Source: an uncultured Holophaga sp.
GTDB taxonomy: Bacteria > Acidobacteriota > Holophagae > Holophagales > Holophagaceae
Reading direction: 5' to 3'
NCBI GenBank assembly: GCA_963664825.1
Contig: OY761614.1
Span: 2,080,001-2,144,000 of the forward strand
DNA length: 64,000 nucleotides
Positions 1 to 8,765 of this stretch are shown here, one piece after another (the stretch's first letter is position 1; the number at the start of each line of letters is the position of its first letter). The notes under the pieces were generated by a model. The model ran no database searches and was not told where the DNA came from. It saw nothing but the letters and a program-made list of their open reading frames with translations. Both the position numbers and the translations under genes were made by a program.

Positions 1-1962
1 TGCATCGCGGCGCCCTGCCAGGAGGCCTGTCCCACCCACCAGAATATTCCCGACTACCTCTGGCTGGTGGCCCACGGGAAGCCTCGGGAGGCCATGGAGG
101 TCATCCTGCGCACCAATCCCCTGCCGGGGGTGACGGGCAATATCTGCGATCACATCTGCACGGATCGCTGCGTGCGGAATTTCTTCGATGCGCCCCTGGG
201 CATCCGGGAGATCAAGCGCTTCGCCTTCGAGCAATGCTCGCTGCTTGAAAAGGGCCATGCACCCCTGGAACAGGCGGGCACTCCCAAGGGCGTGAAGGTG
301 GCCATCGTGGGGGCAGGTCCCGCGGGTATGTCGGCGGCCTACTACCTGGCGAAGATGGGCTTCGAGGCCGAGATCTTCGAGGCCAAGCCCCAGGTGGGCG
401 GCATGGTGGGCGGCGCCGTGCCGCGCTACCGGCTGGAGGACAAGACTCTCGAACTCGATCTCGAAAGGCTGCGCCAGCTGGGCGTGAAGATCCATCTGGG
501 GAAGGCCCTGGGCAGGGATATCTCCCTCGAGGCCCTGCGCAAGGAACACGCCTATCTCTTCCTGGGAGTCGGCGCCCAGAAGGGCAAGCGCCTGGGCATC
601 CCAGGGGAAGAGGCCGAGGGTGTGCTGGACGCCCTTGAATTCCTGGACAAGGTTCGAAACGAGCAGCGCCTGGATCTGGGTCGGAACATCCTCGTGGTGG
701 GCGGCGGCAATTCGGCCATGGACGCGGCGCGCTCCGCCCGGCGGATGGCCAAGAATGCTCAGGTCTCCCTGGTCTATCGCCGCACGCGCTCGGAGATGCC
801 CGCCGATCCTGAAGAAGTGCGGGATTGTCTCCTGGAGGGCATCGCTCTGAAAGCTCTCTTCGCGCCAAGCCGGGTGGTGGTGGAGAAGGGCAGGGTGGTG
901 GGCCTGGCCTGCACGCCCATGACCCTGGGTGAGCCGGACGCCTCGGGACGCCCGAAGCCCGTGCCTTCGGGAGAGCCCGAGGTGATCCTCCCCGCAGACA
1001 CGATCATTCCCGCCATCGGCCAGGAGACCGCGCTGGATTTCCTGGTGGGCCTGGGTGTGCAGCAGCATCGGAATGGCACGCTGGTGGTGGACCCCGAGAG
1101 CCGGGAGACGAGCGTCCCCGGCGTCTTCGCCGGGGGGGATGTGGCCCGAGGGCCGGCCTCGGTCATCAAGGCCATCGCCGATGGGCGGGCCGCCGCCGAG
1201 GCCATCGGCCGCAGGCATGGCGTCTTGCCGCTCCCGGAACCCGCGCTCGCCAAGGGCCTGGGGCCGGTGGCGATGCTGGAGAAGAAATCCCGCAAGGTCG
1301 CGGCCCAGACCGTGCCCGTCCTGCCCGTGGGGCAGCGCGGCGGTTTCGATCAGGTTCTCCACGGCCTTGCTTCCGAGGCCGCCGTGGCAGAGGCCAGCCG
1401 CTGCCTGGACTGCGACGAGATGTGCAGCCTCTGCGTCACCGTCTGTCCCAATCGCGCCAATCGCGCCTATGAGATGGCTCCCCTCTCCCTGGAATTGCCC
1501 GAGCTGGTGGTGCGGGGGGGGCAGGCGGTCCCGGAGGGCCTGCGGCCCTTCAGGGTCGAACAGGGCATCCAGACCCTCAATATCGGCGACTTCTGCAATG
1601 AGTGCGGCAACTGTGCCACCTTCTGTCCAACTGTCGGGGCTCCCTACCGGGATAAGCCGCGCTTCTGGATCGATGCCGAAGGCTTCGCGGAGGCCACTGG
1701 CGATGCCTTCCGGTGGGATTCGACAGATTCCAGTCGGGTCCTGGAGGCGCGGCTGGAGGGTCGTACCCACCGCCTGGAAGTCCGGGGCAGCGTTGCGGAA
1801 TATCGCTCCGATCTCCTCTGTGCCCGCTTCGAGGCCGACACCTGGCGCTTCCTCGGCGCTCAAGTCCTGGGGAAGGCCGCCGAGGGTCAGGTTCTGGATC
1901 TCTCCCCCTGCGCCACCCTGATCGCCCTCCTGAGCGCCCGGGAGGCCGTCCCCTCCGCCTGA
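1..1962 (+). CDS. ygfK: YgfK-like Fe-S flavoprotein oxidoreductase (putative selenate reductase subunit family), 5'-truncated by the window edge
   Basis: Frame is open from base 1 (CIAAPCQEACPTHQNIPDY). Has NPLPGVTGNICDHIC, GAGPAG and GGGNSAMD dinucleotide motifs and C-terminal Fe-S motifs CLDCDEMCSLCVTVCPNRAN and CNECGNCATFCP. Neighbours ygeY/ygeW/ssnA. Confidence 0.85.
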   Translation, partial: CIAAPCQEACPTHQNIPDYLWLVAHGKPREAMEVILRTNPLPGVTGNICDHICTDRCVRNFFDAPLGIREIKRFAFEQCSLLEKGHAPLEQAGTPKGVKVAIVGAGPAGMSAAYYLAKMGFEAEIFEAKPQVGGMVGGAVPRYRLEDKTLELDLERLRQLGVKIHLGKALGRDISLEALRKEHAYLFLGVGAQKGKRLGIPGEEAEGVLDALEFLDKVRNEQRLDLGRNILVVGGGNSAMDAARSARRMAKNAQVSLVYRRTRSEMPADPEEVRDCLLEGIALKALFAPSRVVVEKGRVVGLACTPMTLGEPDASGRPKPVPSGEPEVILPADTIIPAIGQETALDFLVGLGVQQHRNGTLVVDPESRETSVPGVFAGGDVARGPASVIKAIADGRAAAEAIGRRHGVLPLPEPALAKGLGPVAMLEKKSRKVAAQTVPVLPVGQRGGFDQVLHGLASEAAVAEASRCLDCDEMCSLCVTVCPNRANRAYEMAPLSLELPELVVRGGQAVPEGLRPFRVEQGIQTLNIGDFCNECGNCATFCPTVGAPYRDKPRFWIDAEGFAEATGDAFRWDSTDSSRVLEARLEGRTHRLEVRGSVAEYRSDLLCARFEADTWRFLGAQVLGKAAEGQVLDLSPCATLIALLSAREAVPSA

Positions 1963-2167
1963 AGGGGTATAAACAAAAATAAGACCGCTGTGATCAATTT
2001 TTTTACTTGATCCCCCGGCGCACCCTTCCACACTGTATCTATCCGAACGTTCCTCCCGGCGCACGGGGGGACCGTTGGGAAGAAGTGGCTAGAAACGAGT
2101 CTTCCGCTCCTCTTTCCGATATTTCCATCGAACCCCTCCGTCAGATGACCTTTCCTGGAGTCCTCCC

Positions 2168-3382
2168 ATGACCACCCTCTACGAAAAGATCGCCCAGCGC
2201 GCCAAGCAGCTCGAAGGCGAAACCACGGCCTTCCTCATGGACATGGTCCGCGTGCCCTCCTTCAGCGGGAAGGAAAAGGACGTCATCCAGGTCATCAAGG
2301 CCGAGATGGAGAAGGTGGGCTTCGACGAAGTGCGCATCGACGGCCTGGGCAACGTCATCGGCCGCATCGGCTCAGGCCCCCGAGTCATCGCCTTCGACGC
2401 CCACATCGATACGGTCTATCCCGGCGACATGAGCCTCTGGGACTTCGATCCCTTCACCCCCAAGGTCGAGGATGGCCAGGTCTGGGGCCGGGGCACCGTG
2501 GACCAGGAGGGCGGCATGGCCTCCATGGTGACGGCCGGGAAGATCATCAAGGAGATGGGCCTGAACGACCAGTTCACCCTGCTCTTCACGGGCACCGTGA
2601 TGGAGGAGGACTGCGACGGCCTCTGCTGGACCTACCTCATCAAGGAGGAGAAGATCCGGCCTGAGCTGGTGGTCATCACCGAACCCACCAATATGAACAT
2701 CTACCGCGGCCACCGGGGCCGCATGGAGATGCAGGTCCAGGTCAAGGGCCTCAGCTGCCACGGCAGCGCGCCTGAGCGGGGCGATAACGCCATCTACAAG
2801 ATCAGCCGCGTGGCCCTCGAGATCGAGAAGCTCCACCAGCGTCTGGCCGTGGATCCCTTCCTAGGCAAGGGCAGCGTCTGCGTCTCCCAGGTCTTCTTCA
2901 CGGGCCCCAGCCAGTGCGCCGTGCCCGATAGCGCGACCCTCAGCCTGGACCGCCGCCTCACCGCAGGCGAGACCAAGGAGAGCGCCGTGGCCGAAGTGAA
3001 GGACGCCGCCGCCCGGGCCGGATATGCCGATGCCGAGGTGACGATCCTGGAATACCGCGAGCCCGCCTACACGGGCCTGGTCTACCCCATGGAGAAGTAC
3101 TACCCCACCTGGGTGCTCGCCGAGGACAGCCCCTGGCTCAAGGACGCCACCGCCGCCTACACCCAGGCCCTGGGCAAGGCGCCCTTCGTGGACAAGTGGA
3201 CCTTCAGCACCAATGGCATCGCCATTGCCGGGCTGGAAGGCATCCCCTGCCTCGGTCTCGGGCCCGGCAACGAAGTGCTGGCCCACTTCCCCAACGAGCA
3301 CTGCCCCCTGGAACACCTCTCGGGCGCCTCGGCCTTCTATGCGGCCCTCGTGGCCAAGCTCAACGGGAAGGCCGATCTATGA
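2168..3382 (+). CDS. ygeY: YgeY-family M20 metallohydrolase
   Basis: FDAHIDTV, GRGTVDQEGG, VMEEDCDG, ITEPT, GHRGRME, KWTFSTNG motifs; GGAG RBS. Confidence 0.9.
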   Translation: MTTLYEKIAQRAKQLEGETTAFLMDMVRVPSFSGKEKDVIQVIKAEMEKVGFDEVRIDGLGNVIGRIGSGPRVIAFDAHIDTVYPGDMSLWDFDPFTPKVEDGQVWGRGTVDQEGGMASMVTAGKIIKEMGLNDQFTLLFTGTVMEEDCDGLCWTYLIKEEKIRPELVVITEPTNMNIYRGHRGRMEMQVQVKGLSCHGSAPERGDNAIYKISRVALEIEKLHQRLAVDPFLGKGSVCVSQVFFTGPSQCAVPDSATLSLDRRLTAGETKESAVAEVKDAAARAGYADAEVTILEYREPAYTGLVYPMEKYYPTWVLAEDSPWLKDATAAYTQALGKAPFVDKWTFSTNGIAIAGLEGIPCLGLGPGNEVLAHFPNEHCPLEHLSGASAFYAALVAKLNGKADL

Positions 3383-4593
3383 CCCCTTTCCTCTACCGCT
3401 GCACCGAATGTGGACGCGAATACACCCGGGAGCTTGTACGCTACCTCTGCCCGGAGTGCGGTCAGGCCTACCATCCGGGCATGCCCCTCAAGGGCGTGCT
3501 GGAGGTGGTCTTCGACTACAAGGCCATCGGTTCCAAGTTCGACAAGAACTGTCCGGACTGGAACCTCTTCTGCGCGGTGGAGCCTGAATTCCATCCTCCC
3601 CTGGCTGTGGGCAATACGCCCCTGACCCGGGCCGATCAGTTCGGAGCCGAACTGGGCCTTGAGAATCTCTGGGTGAAAAATGATGGCTTGAACCCCAGCG
3701 GCAGCCTCAAGGATCGCGCCTCCTTCCTGGTAGTGGCCGAGGCCCGACGCCTGGGCGAGAAGCGCATCGTGACGGCATCTACGGGCAACGCGGCCTCGGC
3801 CCTGGCTGCGGTCTGCGCCAGCACCGATCGGGAGGCCCTGATCTTCGTGCCCGAGAAGGCCCCCAAGGCCAAGCTCGTGCAGATGGTGCTCTACGGCGCC
3901 AGGGTCATCCCCGTGAAGGGCACCTACGACGATGCCTTCCGGCTCTCCCTGGAATTTACCGAAAAGCGCGGGGGCCTCAACCGCAATACCGCCTACCATC
4001 CGCTCACCATCGAAGGCAAGAAGACCGTGGGCCTGGAGATCTGGGCCCAGCTCGGTTTCCAGGTGCCGGACGCGATCCTGGTCTCCGTGGGGGATGGCGT
4101 CATCCTGGCGGGCCTGCACAAGGCCTTCCTGGATCTTCAGCGTGCGGGCCTGATCGCGCAGTTCCCCAGGCTCATCTGCGTCCAGGCGGAAACCTCCGAC
4201 GCCATCCACAACTACATCCAGACCGGTCAATACGCGGATGCCTCGAACCCCACCACCCGGGCCGATTCCATTTCAGTGTCCTGCCCCAGCAACGCCCACT
4301 GGGCCCGGCGCGCAGTGCTGGAGAGCGGAGGCTGCTCACTGCTGGTCAGTGACGCCGAGATCCTGGAGGCTCAGGCCCAGATGGCCCGCACCACGGGCAT
4401 CTTCGGGGAGCCCGCCGCCGCCACAGCCGCCGCAGGGCTCGTGAAACTCCAGGCCGGTCCTTCGCGCCTGGAAGCCGGACCCCGCATCGTCATCCTGGCC
4501 ACGGGGCACGGCCTGAAGGATGTGGAGGCCCCCCTCTCCCGCATCTCCATCCCCCAAGCCATCGAGCCCCGTCTGGACGCGGTTCAAGCATGA
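3379..4593 (+). CDS. Threonine synthase-like PLP enzyme (fold type II) with N-terminal Zn ribbon
   Basis: ATG at 3379 overlaps the ygeY stop (ATGA). CTEC..CPEC, NPSGSLKDR (PLP Lys), ASTGNAA, VGDG, GEPAAA, ATGHGLKD. Confidence 0.85.
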   Translation: MTPFLYRCTECGREYTRELVRYLCPECGQAYHPGMPLKGVLEVVFDYKAIGSKFDKNCPDWNLFCAVEPEFHPPLAVGNTPLTRADQFGAELGLENLWVKNDGLNPSGSLKDRASFLVVAEARRLGEKRIVTASTGNAASALAAVCASTDREALIFVPEKAPKAKLVQMVLYGARVIPVKGTYDDAFRLSLEFTEKRGGLNRNTAYHPLTIEGKKTVGLEIWAQLGFQVPDAILVSVGDGVILAGLHKAFLDLQRAGLIAQFPRLICVQAETSDAIHNYIQTGQYADASNPTTRADSISVSCPSNAHWARRAVLESGGCSLLVSDAEILEAQAQMARTTGIFGEPAAATAAAGLVKLQAGPSRLEAGPRIVILATGHGLKDVEAPLSRISIPQAIEPRLDAVQA

Positions 4594-5942
4594 AGACGCG
4601 GGTCCGGAATGGTCGCCTTGTGCTCGAGGATCGCATCGAGCCCCTGGATATCCTGGTGGAAGACGGGCGCATCCTGGCCCTATTGCCTCCGGGGAGCGAG
4701 GCGGCTGCCGACCGCGTGATCGACGCCGCAGGGGGCTATGTCCTGCCGGGCTTCATCGATTTTCATGTGCACCTGGATGACCGCATCGGGCCCTTCTACC
4801 TGGCCGATACCTATGAGAGCGGCTCCCGGGTGGCCCTCCAAAATGGCATCACCACCCTCTGCAGCTTCGTCACCCAGGGGCCCGGGGAGACGCTGATCCA
4901 GGCCCTGAAGACGGCTCGGGCCAAGGCCGAGGGCCGAAGCCACGCCGATATATGCTGGCACCTCACGCCCACGCGCTTCGAGACGGAAGACTGGACGGAT
5001 CTCGAAGGCCTGGTGGCCGCGGGCTACGGGACGCTCAAGTTCTATACGACCTACAGGCCCGCGGGACTCTTCGCCTCCCGGGCGCGCCTGGACGAACTCT
5101 TCAGGCGTTTGGGCCCCCTGGGGGCGCGCTTCCTGGTGCATTGCGAGGACGACGCTTGGATGGCGGCGGTGGATGCCGGGGGCCTGGATCTCTCCAAACC
5201 CAGCTCCCACGGATCCCTCCGCCCTGAGCGGGCCGAACTCCTGGCCGTCGAGGCCCTGTTGGGTCTGGCCGCGGCCTCTCAAACCCCCCTCCATGTCGTC
5301 CATGTTTCGACCCTCGCCGCGGCCGAAGCGCTGCTGCGCGTCCGGGGCAAGCTCGATGTCACCTGCGAGACCTGTCCCCAGTATCTCTGGCTGGACGAGA
5401 CCTGGCTGGATCGCCCGGACGGCCATCGCTGGCTCTGTTCGCCGCCCCTGCGGGGAGACCGGGCGCGCTTTCGCGCCATGGCCCGGGCCGGAGCCTTCGA
5501 TTTCTTGGCCACGGATCACTGCGCCTTCCTCCGCCAGGATAAGGACGCTTGGGATCACCGGGATGTCCGCACGGCCGCCAACGGCCTCGGGGGCTTGGGC
5601 GCGCTGCCCCATCTCGCGTGGAAGCTCTGGGAGGACGACCCAGATCGCGCCGCCCTGGAATTGGCGAGGCGCTTGAGCCGCAACCCAGCTCGTTGCGCCG
5701 GACTGGAGGATCGCAAGGGTGCGATCCGTCCCGGCTGGGATGCCGATCTGGTGGTGCTGGATCCGGAGGGTCCCGAAAGGCCCCTGGTTTCTTCCCTGTC
5801 CGATGTCCACGAGACCTATCCGGGCTTCACCTCTCGGCTGGCCTTCCGCCATGTGCTGCTCCGGGGGGAGCCGGTCGTGGCCGACGGCAGGCTGCTTCAT
5901 CCCGAATCTCCAGCTGGGATCCTTCTCCAGCCTCAACCCTGA
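4590..5942 (+). CDS. Cyclic amidohydrolase (dihydropyrimidinase/hydantoinase-like, HyuA-type)
   Basis: PGFIDFHVH, LKFY (carboxylated Lys position), VHCED, VHVS, CETCPQY, SPPLR, ATDH, GWDADLV; ATGA overlap with upstream gene. Confidence 0.85.
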   Translation: MKTRVRNGRLVLEDRIEPLDILVEDGRILALLPPGSEAAADRVIDAAGGYVLPGFIDFHVHLDDRIGPFYLADTYESGSRVALQNGITTLCSFVTQGPGETLIQALKTARAKAEGRSHADICWHLTPTRFETEDWTDLEGLVAAGYGTLKFYTTYRPAGLFASRARLDELFRRLGPLGARFLVHCEDDAWMAAVDAGGLDLSKPSSHGSLRPERAELLAVEALLGLAAASQTPLHVVHVSTLAAAEALLRVRGKLDVTCETCPQYLWLDETWLDRPDGHRWLCSPPLRGDRARFRAMARAGAFDFLATDHCAFLRQDKDAWDHRDVRTAANGLGGLGALPHLAWKLWEDDPDRAALELARRLSRNPARCAGLEDRKGAIRPGWDADLVVLDPEGPERPLVSSLSDVHETYPGFTSRLAFRHVLLRGEPVVADGRLLHPESPAGILLQPQP

Positions 5943-5977
5943 ACCCAGAACCTCAACCCACACTCCAGGAGTCATAC

Positions 5978-7162
5978 GTGTCCATCCGCGAACAGCTTGC
6001 CGCCTTCCAATCCCTGAAGACGGATCTCTTCCAAAAGGATTTCCTGCTCACCTGGGAGCATTCCACCGAGGAACTCTCGGCCATCCTCACCCTGGCCGAG
6101 ACCCTCAAGCAGATCCACCAGGCGGGCCAATCCTACCGCGCCTTCGATACGGGCCTGGCCATCTCCATCTTCCGGGACAATTCCACCCGCACGCGCTTCT
6201 CCTTCGCCTCGGCGGCCAGCGCCATGGGCTTCACGCTCTCGGAACTCGATGAGCAGAAGAGCCAAGTGGCCCACGGCGAGACCGTGCGGGAGACCGCCAA
6301 CATGATCAGCTTCCTGGCCGAAGTCATCGGCATCCGGGACGACATGTTCCTGGGCGAGGGCCACACCTACATGCAGGAGGTGGGCGACGCCCTCACGGAC
6401 GGCGCGAAGCAGGGCGTGCTCCACCGCCGCCCCAGCCTCATCAACCTCCAGTGCGATATCGATCATCCCACCCAGGTCCTGGCCGATCTGGCCTGGCTCA
6501 AGAAGCACTTCGGCAGTCTCGAGAACCTGAAGGGCAAGAAGATCGCCATGACCTGGGCCTATAGCCCCAGCTACGGCAAGCCCCTCTCCGTGCCCCAGGG
6601 CGTCATCGGCCTGATGACGCGCTTCGGCATGAACGTGAGCCTGGCCCATCCCGAGGGCTACGATCTCATCCCCAAGGTCGTGGAGATGGCCGGCAAGCAG
6701 GCCAAGGCCAGCGGCGGCAGCTTCGAAACCGTCAATAGCATGGAAGCGGCCTTCGAGGGCGCCCACATCGTCTACCCCAAGTCCTGGGCTCCCTTCCAGG
6801 TCATGCAGCAGCGCACCCAGCTCCTGAAGCAGTCCGACAAGGCAGGCCTCCAGGACCTGGAACAGGCCTGTCTGGCCAATAACGCCAAATTCCAGAACTG
6901 GGAATGCGACCGCGCCAAGATGAACCTCACCCACGACAAGAAGGCCCTCTACATGCACTGCCTGCCCGCCGATATCACCGACGTGAGCTGCAAGGCCGGC
7001 GAAGTGAGCAAGGAGGTCTTCGAACAATACCGCATTCCCACCTACGCTGAAGCCAGCTACAAGCCCTTCGTCATCAGCGCCCTCATGTTCCTCACGCGGC
7101 TCCAGAACCCCGGCGCCAAGCTCGAAGAGATCGTGAACCGCGCGAAGACACTCAGCATCTAG
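5978..7162 (+). CDS. ygeW: Knotted carbamoyltransferase YgeW
   Basis: GTG start after AGGAG. FRDNSTRTRFSF, NLQCDIDHPTQ, WAYSPSYGKPLSVPQG, YMHCLPAD. Confidence 0.92.
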   Translation: MSIREQLAAFQSLKTDLFQKDFLLTWEHSTEELSAILTLAETLKQIHQAGQSYRAFDTGLAISIFRDNSTRTRFSFASAASAMGFTLSELDEQKSQVAHGETVRETANMISFLAEVIGIRDDMFLGEGHTYMQEVGDALTDGAKQGVLHRRPSLINLQCDIDHPTQVLADLAWLKKHFGSLENLKGKKIAMTWAYSPSYGKPLSVPQGVIGLMTRFGMNVSLAHPEGYDLIPKVVEMAGKQAKASGGSFETVNSMEAAFEGAHIVYPKSWAPFQVMQQRTQLLKQSDKAGLQDLEQACLANNAKFQNWECDRAKMNLTHDKKALYMHCLPADITDVSCKAGEVSKEVFEQYRIPTYAEASYKPFVISALMFLTRLQNPGAKLEEIVNRAKTLSI

Positions 7163-7183
7163 CACAGCCCCAGGAGCCCGCCC

Positions 7184-8638
7184 ATGTCTCGAATCGTGAA
7201 ATCCTCCAACCCCGAAGTCGTCAAGCGGACGGCCAAGCGCTGCCGTGAGCGGGGCATCGTCATTCCGACCTTCGCGCAGATGCGCAACCCCGCGAGCATC
7301 CCGGCCGCCCAGAAGGCCAAGCTCAAGGGCGTGGGCCTCTGGGATGTGAACCCCGCCAACCTCTTCCGCATCACCTGGAAGAATGATCCGGAGACGGGCC
7401 TCTTCGCGGGTCCCAACTTCCTGGAGATCCCTCGGGAGATCACGGGCATCAAGGCCCGGGTCATCGGGCTGGTGGGCAAGTACTTTCCCACCGGCGCCCA
7501 CAAGGTCGGCGCGGCCTTCGCCTGCCTGGTGCCCCGCCTCGTGAGCGGCGAGTTCGATCCCGATAAGCACAAGGCCGTCTGGCCCAGCACCGGGAACTAC
7601 TGCCGGGGCGGCGCCTTCGATTCGGCCATCCTGGGTTGCACGGCCGTGGCCATCCTGCCGGAGAACATGTCCAAGGAGCGCTTCACCTGGCTGGCGGAGA
7701 TCGGCGCCGAAGTGATCGCCACCAAGGGCTGCGAATCCAACGTGAAGGAGATCTACGACAAGTGCTGGGAGCTGAAGAACGATCCCATCCACATGGTCTT
7801 CAACCAGTTCGAGGAATTCGGAAACCCCATCTGGCACTACAACGTGACCGGTCCTGCCATGGAAGAGGTCTTCAATGGCCTGAAAAACGAGAAGACTCGT
7901 TTTTCAGCGTATGTCAGTGCCACCGGGAGCGCTGGGACCATTGGGGCGGGGGATTATCTGAAGAAGCAGTTCCCCGGCCTGAAGATCGTGGCCACCGAGG
8001 CCCAGCAGTGCCCGACGCTCCTGAACAACGGCTTCGGCGATCACCGCATCGAGGGCATCGGCGATAAGCATGTGCCCTGGGTCCACAATGTCCGCAATAC
8101 CGACGCCGTGGCCGCCATCGATGACGAGGATTGCATGCGCCTCCTGCGGCTCTTCAACGAGCCCGAGGGACAGAAGTTCCTCGCGGCCTCAGGTGTGGAC
8201 GCAGGGACCATCCAGAAACTCGGCCTGCTGGGCATCAGCGGCATCTGCAACATGCTGGCCGCCATCAAGGCCGCCAAGTATTGGGAGCTGGACGAGAACG
8301 ACGTGGTCTTCACCATCTTCACCGATAGCGTGGAGATGTATCGTTCGCGCCTGGAGGAGCTCACAGCCGAGCGCGGCGCCTTCACCGCCGTGGACGCCGC
8401 CCGAACCCAGACCGGCAGCCTCGAGCGCCAGGCCGTGGATCACTTCAAGGAACTCTCCTTCACCGACCGCAAGGCCATCCACAACCTGAAGTACTACACC
8501 TGGGTCGAGCAGCAGGGGAAGACCTTCGAGGAGATCAACGCTCAGTGGAACCCCGAGTATTGGCGCGAGATGTTTGAAGAGGAGGTCGTCCACTTCGACC
8601 AGCTCATCACCGACTTCAATCGGGAAGTCGGACTGTAA
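7184..8638 (+). CDS. PLP-dependent enzyme, fold type II (long cysteine-synthase-like family)
   Basis: FPTGAHKVGA (PLP Lys), WPSTGNYCRGG, ATGSAGT, HRIEGIGDKH; AGGAG RBS. Confidence 0.85.
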   Translation: MSRIVKSSNPEVVKRTAKRCRERGIVIPTFAQMRNPASIPAAQKAKLKGVGLWDVNPANLFRITWKNDPETGLFAGPNFLEIPREITGIKARVIGLVGKYFPTGAHKVGAAFACLVPRLVSGEFDPDKHKAVWPSTGNYCRGGAFDSAILGCTAVAILPENMSKERFTWLAEIGAEVIATKGCESNVKEIYDKCWELKNDPIHMVFNQFEEFGNPIWHYNVTGPAMEEVFNGLKNEKTRFSAYVSATGSAGTIGAGDYLKKQFPGLKIVATEAQQCPTLLNNGFGDHRIEGIGDKHVPWVHNVRNTDAVAAIDDEDCMRLLRLFNEPEGQKFLAASGVDAGTIQKLGLLGISGICNMLAAIKAAKYWELDENDVVFTIFTDSVEMYRSRLEELTAERGAFTAVDAARTQTGSLERQAVDHFKELSFTDRKAIHNLKYYTWVEQQGKTFEEINAQWNPEYWREMFEEEVVHFDQLITDFNREVGL

Positions 8639-8640
8639 GG

Positions 8641-8740
8641 CACCACGGAGGCACGGAGGGCGCGGAGAACTGAACACGGAGAAAGAGGATCCTATTCTTC
8701 CTCCCTGTCTTTACTCTGTGTCCTCCGTGCCTCCGTGGTG
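8641..8740. repeat. REP/MITE-like long inverted repeat
   Basis: Perfect 19-bp IR caccacggaggcacggagg (8641-8659) / cctccgtgcctccgtggtg (8722-8740), extendable by 8 bp with G-T pairs. Confidence 0.85.
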
Positions 8741-8765
8741 AATTGTTTTTTTGAAAGCTGATTCC

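Noticed and set aside
1960..1990. Selenocysteine read-through at the ygfK TGA
   Set aside because: The protein appears complete, the downstream sequence is AT-rich intergenic and no SECIS-like hairpin follows.
5931..5960. Short cctcaaccc direct repeat at the amidohydrolase stop
   Set aside because: Only 9 bp; not distinguishable from chance.
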